A stretch of DNA of 57,658 bases from a virus (Duplodnaviria > Caudoviricetes). Below are positions 46,875 through 55,724 of the stretch, piece after piece (the stretch's first letter is position 1; every line of letters begins with the position of its first letter). The notes beneath the pieces are model-generated. The model was not told where the DNA came from, searched no databases, and saw nothing but the letters and a program-made list of their open reading frames with translations. Where the stretch lies: positions 1 to 57,658 of IMG/VR virus record IMGVR_UViG_3300045256_000273. The stretch is one strand, 5' to 3'. The position numbers were made by a program, and so were the translations under genes.

Positions 46875-48713
46875 TTATTTCTTTTTCGACTTCTGGGCGC
46901 CCGGCGGCGGCAGCAATCCAAGTTGCTGACGCATCATCGCTTCTTCGGCTGCTTCTTTAGCGAGATCCTGCCAGTTCGAGAATCCGGCCTCTTCGAGCAC
47001 CAGTCGAGAAGGAATCCATCCCAGTTCCGCGAGCTGCGCGAGTGTGCGACCGCGCGCTTCGCGAGCCGCCGAGAGCGACGACAACGGCGCAATCTTGAAT
47101 TTGAACTCGCGCCACGCCCCGCGCAATGCCTGCTCGATAGCCACGCGAATCGTCCGCATGTTTGCTTCGCGGTCGTCCTTGAGTCGCGCCGCAACCGATT
47201 CGATCGCCGCCTTACGGATTTCTCCGCGTAACTTTTCGGCCTCGAAGTGAAAGCTTGTGGCGCGTCCGTCGTTGCCGATGTACGGAATAAAACGGTCTGC
47301 ACGATAGAACTGAAAAATGCGCGAGATGACTTTCGTGAAGACGCGCTCGAGGAACGATTCCAAGCGGCGCGCTTGCGCGTTCACGAGCGGATGGGAGCTC
47401 TGCTCAAGCCCGAACAGCAGCGACAGCGAACGCACTTCCGCCCGCCCCTGCCCGCGAATCGGCGAATCGCCGATCCCGATGGCGGAATCCATCAGTTGCT
47501 GCACGAGATTGATAAACGCGATACCGACCTGCACCGGATTTTCGGCGGGAATGCGCGAGACTTCGAGGCCGCGCATCTTGCTGATGATGGCGTCGCCGAA
47601 ATCCTTGAGACGTTCGAGCACTTGCGGCGGAAGCGCGCCCGTGTCGGCCACGACGAACGGAATGTTCTTGACGAGATAGCGCATCATCATGTGGCCGGCG
47701 CGGTTTAGGGCTTCTTCGAGGCGCCGCACGTCCTCGACCTCCGACGAGCCCCAAGGCGAGTCGATGTCGGGACGATTGTCGTACATCTCGAAGGCCCACA
47801 GCCCGTCAAAATAGGGGTTCCGCGACTCTTCGGGCGCCGGATTCATTATCGTCGCTTTGTTGCCGCTGCCGACGATGTAGAGCACCCGACCATCGGGATA
47901 AAGCGGTTCGCCATCCTGGTGTGCCGGGTCCGCAAACCAGAACTCGCGAAACCGAACGTAGGGAATGGGGCTGACCGCGCCCGGCTCGCCGCTGCCGCCG
48001 CGCATGCCGGCAAGATAGTAGTTGAGCGGGCTGCGGATGGTCCGCGACGACCAGCGGCGTCCCTGCGAGGCTTCCTGCTCCGGCAGTGACGGCGGCGGCG
48101 CGCTGAAATCCTGGACGTCGCGATAGGTGCGCGGAAAATTCTCCGCGACCCAGCTGAACGGCACGACCGACTCGTGAATAATTACGAGGCTTTTGTCGAT
48201 ACCGTAGGCGCGCAGCGTGTAGGGGTCGAGCGCGATCGCGCGCGGGTCTATCTCGCCAATGGCAATGTCGCCCAATCCGTGAAGCGCGGAGCGGTCCCAG
48301 ACGATTTTGAAAAACGCGCAGCCGAACGGACGCACGAACGCCGAAAGCTGCTCAAGCTTCATCTGGACGTTCCAAGCGTCCCAGCCCGCATGAATCGTGC
48401 GCTGGAGAAGTTCGGCGGTCTGCGCGAGGCCGTTGCGCAGCGGCAGCACGTTCATCTCGGGCTTGGCCGCCGTCATCATCGCGGCTTTGCGGTCGAGTTT
48501 CGCGCGCGCCAGATTCGTTTTGAAGAACGGATTGCCTTCTTTCTTCGTGTCCCAGTTGTTACCGCGGTAGATTTCGGCGTTGCGCGACCAGCCCTGCGTC
48601 CAACGGTCCTTGTAGGAGATCGCGGCGGCGTGCAGATTCTCGCAGAACTTCAGGAGGGCGGCATAGTCCTGCGGAACGTAAGAGCTGCGGGTGACTTCGC
48701 GCTGGGCGGCCAT
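46875..48713 (-). CDS. portal protein
   Basis: 612 aa after terminase; YRGNNW, FFKIVWD, PWGSSEVE motifs. Confidence 0.85.
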   Translation of the reverse strand: MAAQREVTRSSYVPQDYAALLKFCENLHAAAISYKDRWTQGWSRNAEIYRGNNWDTKKEGNPFFKTNLARAKLDRKAAMMTAAKPEMNVLPLRNGLAQTAELLQRTIHAGWDAWNVQMKLEQLSAFVRPFGCAFFKIVWDRSALHGLGDIAIGEIDPRAIALDPYTLRAYGIDKSLVIIHESVVPFSWVAENFPRTYRDVQDFSAPPPSLPEQEASQGRRWSSRTIRSPLNYYLAGMRGGSGEPGAVSPIPYVRFREFWFADPAHQDGEPLYPDGRVLYIVGSGNKATIMNPAPEESRNPYFDGLWAFEMYDNRPDIDSPWGSSEVEDVRRLEEALNRAGHMMMRYLVKNIPFVVADTGALPPQVLERLKDFGDAIISKMRGLEVSRIPAENPVQVGIAFINLVQQLMDSAIGIGDSPIRGQGRAEVRSLSLLFGLEQSSHPLVNAQARRLESFLERVFTKVISRIFQFYRADRFIPYIGNDGRATSFHFEAEKLRGEIRKAAIESVAARLKDDREANMRTIRVAIEQALRGAWREFKFKIAPLSSLSAAREARGRTLAQLAELGWIPSRLVLEEAGFSNWQDLAKEAAEEAMMRQQLGLLPPPGAQKSKKK

Positions 48714-48763
48714 TTTTTTATTGTGTCAGCGACAACAAGGTGCGATAGGCCCCGTCGTACTCA

Positions 48764-49378
48764 TCAACGTATGATTGTTGCGGTCGGCGTCCCCGCGTCG
48801 CGTCCGCCGGTCGTCGGCTGCGGCGCCTGCGGCGGCTCCTGCCCATTCAATTCCTCGAACCATTCCTCGGCGGTCTTGAAGAATCCCTCGGGATACTCCG
48901 TCGCCTGCTTCGGAGCGGTCGGCGGGAAATGTTTGCTCGCGCAATCGTTCGAGCAACACACTTGACCGGGGTACGCGCGCCGGAAAATCTGCGGGCGCCC
49001 GTCGGCGTGCGGAACCGGACATCGCCCGTGCATGACCGCGAGCGGATCGGCGGCCGTTTTCTCGCCCGGCTGCCCCACGTCGTATCCATTGATGAGCTGA
49101 AGTTGAAGGCCGTTATCGAGAATGATCGCGATGTACTTGAGAACGCGTTGGCCCGGCCCCATGCCGTGTTCCGCCGCGCAAGCTTCGTCGCGCTCGCGCC
49201 ACGCGGGTTCGGCCGCGTAGATATGCTCCAGCAGCTTTTTGGCGGCTGCGTCGAGATCGGAGTCCTTTGCGGGCGCAGCCTCGGCGGCGGCGACTTCCGC
49301 CTCGGTCGGCGGCGACGCAGCGGTCTTCTGCCTGTTGGCCGCTACGATGTCGGGGTCGAACTTGAATTTGTTTGACAT
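48764..49378 (-). CDS. hypothetical protein with Cys cluster
   Basis: CPVP..QVCCSNDC. Confidence 0.6.
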   Translation of the reverse strand: MSNKFKFDPDIVAANRQKTAASPPTEAEVAAAEAAPAKDSDLDAAAKKLLEHIYAAEPAWRERDEACAAEHGMGPGQRVLKYIAIILDNGLQLQLINGYDVGQPGEKTAADPLAVMHGRCPVPHADGRPQIFRRAYPGQVCCSNDCASKHFPPTAPKQATEYPEGFFKTAEEWFEELNGQEPPQAPQPTTGGRDAGTPTATIIR

Positions 49379-49385
49379 TTTTCCG

Positions 49386-51284
49386 TCAATCCCATCCTTT
49401 CAGCGAGCCCACCGCCGCGCTCAAGCCGTCGTGCTCGCCGCTCCCTGGCTCGAAATTATCAACCGCCCAGTCTCCCTGCGCAATGGCTCTCGCGACTTCC
49501 AGCTCTCGCAACCGTCGCTGCTCCGTCGGATCGGCCCGCTGCTGTTTCGCCTGCGGAAGATTATCCCCAAAGTCTTCATCGTCCGCCGCCACCAGCGCGA
49601 AATTCCACGCCATTACGGCGTCGTCGTCGCCAGTCTCAGCGTAATACTGGTCCTGAATGAAGCCCGGCGCAACGACGAAATCCCGAAGCTCGTCCAGCAG
49701 CACTTGTGAGCGGATTATTACGCCGTCGTGGTTGAGCAGCGACCGGCTGACTCCGATGAGGTATCGCTTGGACTCGTTCGACGTTTTCCAGCCGGTCAGA
49801 TTCGTAATTTTCGGGGCGACGCGCTCGCGATTCTTCCAGAAATACAGGTTCGGATATCCGTTCTTCTTGAGGCGCGCGTCTGTGTTGTAGCCCGGCCCGG
49901 TCAGCTCCGTGTTGATCTGCGCCTCGTTGTAGTACATGCCGAGCGAAAACATCAGCCAGCCGAGGTCGTCGGGATCGACGAGAATGTGGGCTTCTGCGAC
50001 CTGCTCGCGCGTTTCGCCATCAATAACCTCGCCGACCGACCAGTTGCGTCCCTCGATGCCGAGGCTCACGTCGATGCCCAGATAGTACCGCCGACCGGGC
50101 TGCGGCTCCTTCCAGATCGCGATGTACTCTTTACCGGCGGCGATTTCGGTATCGGTGCGCAGCGCATTAAACAACTGCGGCTTGATGACATTCCCGGCGT
50201 GCGACGGCTTCAATTCGGCGTACCATTTCGGCGGTCGGATGTTCGCCTCCTGGCGTTCGAGCGCGTCGAGCGGATACACGTTCACGTCCATCCGCACCCA
50301 GGCGTCTTCGTAGCGGTGTGGATACTCTTGTGCGAACAGCCGCTCGCCGTCGGCGCGGTCCGCGATGGTGATGCGGCGCCACTTCAACTGCTCAAACGTC
50401 AGCTCCCACGGCGGCAGCCCCCCGTCGCATTGCTTCGTGCCTTGCGCCGCAAGCTTGATGAGCGCGCGTTCCTCGGCGTTCGGTCTGAACTTCTCACCCT
50501 TGTCGAGCGCGACCGAATACGTCGGGTCATACCACCACGGCACGAACAGAAAAAAATACGATGTTTTACCGCTGCGCGCCGCATCGCATTTTTCGCGAAA
50601 GTAATTGCCGCGATAGAACGCCGTCGATTCGTCGAGATGAATCGTGCCTGGTTCAAGATGAAGCGCTGGCAGCAAGGTGTTTTCCAGCATCGTGCAGGCG
50701 TTTTCCGGCCATTTCGACGTTTCGCTCGTGTGCAACCCTTGGAGCGTCGCCGCCGTGCCGGTTACTTCCTTCGCGACCGCGAACGTCATGCGCGAGTTGT
50801 TCCCGGGATCGATGTGACGGCTTTTGGGGTTCGGATTCTCGAAAACGAGCTCCGACTTTGAGGCGTATCGCGTCAGCGGCTTGTAGTCCGGTCGAAGATT
50901 GTCGTAGGCGAAACGCGCGATGTTGAAGATCAGCTCGGTCGTCGGTTTGTCGTTCGCGATGAGCAGCGAGTTGAAGTTGCGCGTCAGCACCGCGCCCTGA
51001 AGCATCCGATTTTCCGAGTACGTCGAAAGTCCCTGCTGGCGGGCCTTGACGCAGCGCCCGCGAACCCAGCCGCGCGTCCGCGCCTGCTCCTCGATCTTCT
51101 TGTGGAATGCGAGCTGCGCCGGCCGCTGCGTGATGTCGAGCGAACAAATCTCGCCGGGCCGCTTGCCGCGGATGCGGATTTGCTCGCGCGCGAACGCCTC
51201 GAAATTGCGCCGATAGAACTCTTTGCGGAGCGCGACTTGAAGCAGACGCTGCTGCTCAGCTTGCGCTCGATTCGCCGTTCGCAT
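49386..51284 (-). CDS. terL: terminase large subunit
   Basis: KARQQGLST, LHTSET, DESTA ATPase motifs; YLGIDVS and DDDAVMA nuclease motifs. Confidence 0.92.
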   Translation of the reverse strand: MRTANRAQAEQQRLLQVALRKEFYRRNFEAFAREQIRIRGKRPGEICSLDITQRPAQLAFHKKIEEQARTRGWVRGRCVKARQQGLSTYSENRMLQGAVLTRNFNSLLIANDKPTTELIFNIARFAYDNLRPDYKPLTRYASKSELVFENPNPKSRHIDPGNNSRMTFAVAKEVTGTAATLQGLHTSETSKWPENACTMLENTLLPALHLEPGTIHLDESTAFYRGNYFREKCDAARSGKTSYFFLFVPWWYDPTYSVALDKGEKFRPNAEERALIKLAAQGTKQCDGGLPPWELTFEQLKWRRITIADRADGERLFAQEYPHRYEDAWVRMDVNVYPLDALERQEANIRPPKWYAELKPSHAGNVIKPQLFNALRTDTEIAAGKEYIAIWKEPQPGRRYYLGIDVSLGIEGRNWSVGEVIDGETREQVAEAHILVDPDDLGWLMFSLGMYYNEAQINTELTGPGYNTDARLKKNGYPNLYFWKNRERVAPKITNLTGWKTSNESKRYLIGVSRSLLNHDGVIIRSQVLLDELRDFVVAPGFIQDQYYAETGDDDAVMAWNFALVAADDEDFGDNLPQAKQQRADPTEQRRLRELEVARAIAQGDWAVDNFEPGSGEHDGLSAAVGSLKGWD

Positions 51285-51618
51285 TTTCCGCTGCCGCCGC
51301 CGCTACCGTCGCCGTTGCACTGGCCGCTTCTTCGGCTTCCCGCGCCGCCCGCTTGGCCTCCATCGCGGCGTGCGCCTTTTCCAGATTCTTGAGCGCGACC
51401 CCTCTCATTTTCTTGTGTCGGTCGAGCGTCCGCAGCTCCCGCAACAGCAGAAACTCGATGTATTCGTGGGTGCTCAGGTGTCGCTCCGCCGCAAGCTGGC
51501 GGACTTGCAGGTGTTGCTCCGGCGTAAGCCAGACCGAATGGTTGACACGCGTGACCGTCACCTTCGTCCCATAGGACTGCTGCTTCATGCTTTCGAGCCT
51601 GCCGCGCGTGAGATACAT
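51256..51618 (-). CDS. hypothetical DNA-binding-like protein
   Basis: GGAGG SD; overlaps the terL start. Confidence 0.55.
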   Translation of the reverse strand: MYLTRGRLESMKQQSYGTKVTVTRVNHSVWLTPEQHLQVRQLAAERHLSTHEYIEFLLLRELRTLDRHKKMRGVALKNLEKAHAAMEAKRAAREAEEAASATATVAAAAAENANGESSAS

Positions 51619-51761
51619 CAGAATCGCCTCCAGCGATGTTCGCGCATGTCGAGAACCGGACGCCGCGCGTCCCACGGACGACGCCGGCGGCGCGAGGCCG
51701 GATTATTCGCCCGTAAACGCTGCATCTGCATGAAGCGGCGCTGCTCAGGCGTTACCGCCAT
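51618..51761 (-). CDS. 47-aa Arg-rich protein (not in ORF track)
   Basis: MAVTPEQRRF..SRRRRRPW..WRRF; TGATG coupling. Confidence 0.45.
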   Translation of the reverse strand: MAVTPEQRRFMQMQRLRANNPASRRRRRPWDARRPVLDMREHRWRRF

Positions 51762-52092
51762 TCAGCTGCTCCATGATTGCCGCCACTTCGTCCGTCGTCG
51801 GCGCGGGCTCGCGGAACGTGCCGCGTCCCATTCCGGCCACATCATGCGGAAATTGCACGGCGGGCTGCTCGCGCGATTGCGGCGGCGGCGGGGTCGCGAA
51901 GGTCGCCGGCTTCTCAGGCATCATCTCCGCCGCGGCGGGCGCCAGCACGCGATTGAGCGCGCGCAACGCCGGCCACAACTGCATCAGGTCGCTCAACGCC
52001 TGTGCCTGCCGCTGCACCCAGTACGCGATGTATGCGAGTTCCGCGACCGCAGCCACCGCGATGACCAAAATCAGTAAGCTAAGATTCGACAT
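51745..52092 (-). CDS. membrane-anchored hypothetical protein
   Basis: N-terminal TM helix, GGAGG SD. Confidence 0.6.
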   Translation of the reverse strand: MSNLSLLILVIAVAAVAELAYIAYWVQRQAQALSDLMQLWPALRALNRVLAPAAAEMMPEKPATFATPPPPQSREQPAVQFPHDVAGMGRGTFREPAPTTDEVAAIMEQLNGGNA

Positions 52093-52990
52093 CCGCCGTC
52101 CCTCCGTTTTTCATCTGCCGCTCCAGTTCCTCGTCGCTCAGCGTCGATACGTCCTTTACGGGAAACGCCTGTCCCGGTATCACCGCCGTCGGCGCCGGCG
52201 CCGGCTGCTCCGCCGCATACTTCAGCAGCCGCGTATAAATCTCCACCGCCTCCTCGAGCCGCCCCTCCTGAACGTAATAGACCGCGAATCGCTCCAGCGC
52301 CCTCGCGTACCGCCCGCGCTGCTCCCCGAGCCATTCCGGCGGCACCCGCGTCCGCAGCGTCGGCAGCCGCAACTTTTTGGGAACCGGCAGTCCGCCCTGT
52401 CCGTCACCATCCACGATGTCGTTCAAATCCTCCGCGAGTCGCGCACGCCGCAGCAGCTCGTCCTGGATCGCCGCGACGGGAATCTCCACCATTCTGCCGC
52501 CCAAGCCGCCCGGATCCTCGTCCGGCTGCGGCTCCGTGCCCTTCAGGATGTCGCTGAAGGCGCTCGGCTCCCCCCGCGGCCAGTCGCTCACTTGCCCGAG
52601 CTGGCCGTTGACCCATTTCAGCCGTTCCCACAACTCGCGCCGAACCAACAGAACCAACTCCCGCCGAAGCGCCTTCTCGCGCCGGCCAGCCGAATCCAAC
52701 GTCGCGCGCGCCTTTTCGAGACGCCGCACGCCATCCGCATCCAACGCGAAAACGTCCCGCTCCAGCTCGGAAATCTCGGCCCGCGCGCGCTCCGCGCGCT
52801 CCTGCTCGCGCCGTATCCCCTTCGCGATGATGCGACGCTTCTTCTCGAACGTCCGGTCGCTCGGCGTGCCCCCGTGCCAGTCGATCGCGCGCGCCCGCTG
52901 CCGCGCCTCCAGCCCCACCATCGCGCGCATCCACACCATTCGGTCCGCATACAGCACCGCGCGTATCTGCTCGGACGTCGGTAATTCCAT
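52079..52990 (-). CDS. hypothetical protein, candidate terminase small subunit
   Basis: upstream of terL; C-terminal DVSTLSDEELER resembles TerS tails. Confidence 0.45.
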   Translation of the reverse strand: MELPTSEQIRAVLYADRMVWMRAMVGLEARQRARAIDWHGGTPSDRTFEKKRRIIAKGIRREQERAERARAEISELERDVFALDADGVRRLEKARATLDSAGRREKALRRELVLLVRRELWERLKWVNGQLGQVSDWPRGEPSAFSDILKGTEPQPDEDPGGLGGRMVEIPVAAIQDELLRRARLAEDLNDIVDGDGQGGLPVPKKLRLPTLRTRVPPEWLGEQRGRYARALERFAVYYVQEGRLEEAVEIYTRLLKYAAEQPAPAPTAVIPGQAFPVKDVSTLSDEELERQMKNGGTADVES

Positions 52991-53524
52991 TCACTTCGAC
53001 AGCCCCCGAAAGTTCCTCACCGCCCAAATGCTGTCCGGCAGCCGCTCCCATTCCCCCACCGTCTCCGCCAGTGCCCGCCGCACGCTCTCGTACCCCTCGT
53101 CATGCCCCGCCAACACCCCGCCACGCGCCACCCGCGCCCCGTACCCCCTCACATCCGCCAACACCGCCTCGTACGAATGGTCCGCGTCAATGAACACCAG
53201 GTCGAAAAACGGCAGCTCCCGCTTCGCCGCCTCCACCGACCGACACGGATGCACCACCAGGCGGTCCAAAATCCCAAACCGCCCCACCGCCGCCAAAAAC
53301 CCCGGAAACTCCGCCGGCGGCCCGTCCCCGCTCAGCAAATCCCCAAACGTGTCCACCACATGCACCGTCAGCCTCCGCGCCCGCACGATGTCTGCCACGC
53401 TACACAGACTCCGCCCTCGCCACGCCCCAACCTCACAGGCCACCCCGCCCTCGGGCACCCCACCATACAACCCCCGATAACTCTCAATATCCCCGCCCGA
53501 AAAGTACCCCTGCGGCAATTCCAT
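52991..53524 (-). CDS. class I SAM methyltransferase (Methyltransf_24-like)
   Basis: EVGAWRGRS, VDTF, FDLVFIDADHSYE, GGVLAGHD. Confidence 0.88.
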   Translation of the reverse strand: MELPQGYFSGGDIESYRGLYGGVPEGGVACEVGAWRGRSLCSVADIVRARRLTVHVVDTFGDLLSGDGPPAEFPGFLAAVGRFGILDRLVVHPCRSVEAAKRELPFFDLVFIDADHSYEAVLADVRGYGARVARGGVLAGHDEGYESVRRALAETVGEWERLPDSIWAVRNFRGLSK

Positions 53525-53589
53525 CTCAGTTTTCCTGATTCTTCCCGTTGACCGTCTTCCGTAAAATCCCTATACACCCACACCGCACC

Positions 53590-53632
53590 AAAAACTAGCC
53601 AGCGGCCACGCGAAAAACTAGCCAGCGGCCAC
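53590..53632. repeat. 20-bp direct repeat pair upstream of the packaging operon
   Basis: AAAAACTAGCCAGCGGCCAC at 53590 and 53613. Confidence 0.85.
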
Positions 53633-53755
53633 ACAGCTCGCGCGAAACGAAAACCCCCCAAGGGGGTCCGGCCTGGTCAAAATCGTCGAGCGCCAGGGGC
53701 CGCGAGCGCCCGCCGGCGGGCCGAAATCCCTAGCCGAATCCGCGCTTAGCGGCTA

Positions 53756-53768
53756 TAACCTATTGATT
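53756..53768 (-). promoter_or_regulatory. IHF consensus site
   Basis: AATCAAtaggTTA matches WATCAANNNNTTR. Confidence 0.5.
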
Positions 53769-54030
53769 TTACTGCGGTTTTTGCGGTGCACAGGATTTAT
53801 TATCCTGTGTCCGTCCCTCGATTCTCGTGCATTTCGAGGCGCGTGGTCGTCAATATTCACTGCGCAGCATCCTTTCCGTTCAGAACGGGTGCTATTCAAC
53901 TCTCGCGCCGAAAGAGCGCCGCGCATCGACACGGTGTCGAGCGTGGCTCGCCGCGCACCCCGAGGCGGTCGAGGCGAGAAGGGCGGATTGACACTTGACG
54001 CGAAGGCGGTAAGTACGATACAAGTTGTAT

Positions 54031-54198
54031 ATGCGCACAAGCATACAGACGTATATTGAGCTGACGCGCGACGAGTATCGCGAGTTGCGCGTGCGCGCGC
54101 TCCAGCGTCGCGAGACGCTCGCCGCGCTACTGGCGCGACTCGCGCGCGACGAGCTGCGCAGAGCGCGCGACGAGAAAATCAAAAACAACGCGCAGTAG
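54031..54198 (+). CDS. 55-aa ribbon-helix-helix-like protein (not in ORF track)
   Basis: IQTYIELTRDEYRELRVRALQRRETLAALLARLA; palindrome ATACAA-G-TTGTAT abuts the ATG. Confidence 0.6.
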   Translation: MRTSIQTYIELTRDEYRELRVRALQRRETLAALLARLARDELRRARDEKIKNNAQ

Positions 54199-54235
54199 GA
54201 CGAAATGCGCGATGAAATTTTTTTTGCCCACCCCC

Positions 54236-54264
54236 TTGACAAGCGATACGATATGTGCTATATT
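54236..54264 (+). promoter_or_regulatory. strong sigma70-type promoter
   Basis: TTGACA-17nt-TATATT with extended TG. Confidence 0.75.
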
Positions 54265-54303
54265 TGTAGCATCGAAACGAAAAAGCGCGAAAGGAGAAGG
54301 ACA

Positions 54304-54537
54304 ATGTCACACAAACACAACTGCTTGGAGTGCGGGAAAGTCATCAGCGAGGGCAATTTCGATTGCGAATTCGACACAGACCACGACTTCGCGCTCTGCC
54401 CCGCATGCGCCGCCGAGCAGGCGGCGGCGGAACGGGCAGCGGCGGAGGCGGAGGAGGCGCAGCTCCAGGAAGAGCTGCGTCAGCAAGAGGAGGCGGATCA
54501 TCGCCTCCGGGGAGGGCGTTGCGTATGTCAAAATTAA
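54304..54537 (+). CDS. small Zn-finger protein
   Basis: CLECG..CPAC; AAGGA SD. Confidence 0.6.
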   Translation: MSHKHNCLECGKVISEGNFDCEFDTDHDFALCPACAAEQAAAERAAAEAEEAQLQEELRQQEEADHRLRGGRCVCQN

Positions 54538-55004
54538 TTAATCTCACCCCGCACGCGGTGGTCCTTGAGTCCACCGCGTGGGGCAAAACCAGTCGGGTGA
54601 CCGTGCCCGCGAGCGGCACGGTCGCCAGGCTCACGGAGACCACCACGCACGAAGGCGTGGTGGTGGTCGACTGCGACAAACCCGTCGCAGTCATCAGCAA
54701 AAGGTTTGGGCAGATCGAAGGTCTGCCCGAGGCAGAGCAAGACACGTATTTCATCGTCTCCCTCCCCGTCGCCACCGCCGCGTGGTCGACGGGGAGGACG
54801 GACGTCCTCGCCATCGGCGAGGCCGTCCGCGACAACGAAGGCCGCATCGTGGCTGCGCGCAGCCTCGCGTGCAGCCCGGACATCCCGCACGGGCGGGATG
54901 TCTGCAGCTGGTGCGGGTGGGACAACGGGGAGAACAGCGAATTCTCTCCGTGGGGGCGCTGGAGGGGGGCGTCCTTCGAGTGCGTAAAGTGCGAGGGGAA
55001 CTAA
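54525..55004 (+). CDS. conserved phage protein
   Basis: INLTPH..PASGTVARL..GLPE..YFIVS..RTDVL..VRDNEGRI. Confidence 0.75.
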   Translation: MSKLINLTPHAVVLESTAWGKTSRVTVPASGTVARLTETTTHEGVVVVDCDKPVAVISKRFGQIEGLPEAEQDTYFIVSLPVATAAWSTGRTDVLAIGEAVRDNEGRIVAARSLACSPDIPHGRDVCSWCGWDNGENSEFSPWGRWRGASFECVKCEGN

Positions 55005-55292
55005 CCCCTCCCCGCCGGGCGGTGCTGCGTCAAGCACACCGCGCCAGCCTGGCGGCCAGTCCGCGCCGCGCGGCCCGCGCTCGAGAAGCTGTTGCCCAAC
55101 TTTTCCGAAGCCGCTCGTTTCGTTGAGCTTCCGCGCGCGCCCCCAAAACTCCTGGAGTAGCTGCGCGTAATAGTTTCCCGTGTCGCCCGCGCTGCGTGCC
55201 AACACGCTGCACATGCGATAGAGAATGACCTTGCGCTCGAGGCGGAAGGGCGGCTTGGCAAGCTGCTTGTCGCGGCCTAAGGAGAGCAAAAC

Positions 55293-55724
55293 ATGGAATT
55301 CAAGATAGCGTGCGCCATGCCGGAAAGCTCCGGCAAGATCTGTCACGAAACGTGCAGCAGCGAATATGCGCTTCGCAAGCATCTGGTCGAGGCGCACGGG
55401 TACCGCGCGCTGAAGGCGCGGTGTACAGCCTACGCGCGCTGGTGCAAGGGCCAGGCGGAACTCCGCGGCGCTGGCTCGGCTAGCGGGCATCGCGCTCGGC
55501 CTGATGCTGCTCTACGGCACGGTCAAGCTCGGCATTCTGCTGTCTTTGGTCACGATCGCGATCGTCTGGCGAGACAACCAGTACGGATCGCGCAAGGAGG
55601 TCCGACGATGACGTACGGATGGCCCGAGGAACCCCGCGAACGGCTTGAACGATATCGCGCGAGCAACTACGCAGCCAGAGCGCGCGAGCCTTCGCTCCGA
55701 GCGTTTCCCGCCATTCATAAGTAG
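55293..55724 (+). CDS. C2H2-like protein whose 3' end runs into duplicated DNA
   Basis: AAGGAG SD; C..C..HLVEAH; C-terminus probably a rearrangement product. Confidence 0.45.
   Translation: MEFKIACAMPESSGKICHETCSSEYALRKHLVEAHGYRALKARCTAYARWCKGQAELRGAGSASGHRARPDAALRHGQARHSAVFGHDRDRLARQPVRIAQGGPTMTYGWPEEPRERLERYRASNYAARAREPSLRAFPAIHK
55466..55691 (+). repeat. patchwork copy of left-end phage sequence
   Basis: matches 5448-5468, 5572-5730 (with SNPs), 4741-4750 and 4807-4833. Confidence 0.9.

Larger units (their letters stand above)
4700..55690. mobile_element. temperate podovirus-like phage, near complete
   Basis: terminase, portal, capsid, ejection, lysis, integrase and replication modules present; boundaries approximate (integrase remnant on left, IS3 on right). 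Confidence 0.9.

Noticed and set aside
52979-53524. two adjacent genes both starting MELP as evidence of duplication
   Set aside because: Similarity is limited to four codons; likely coincidence or shared initiation context
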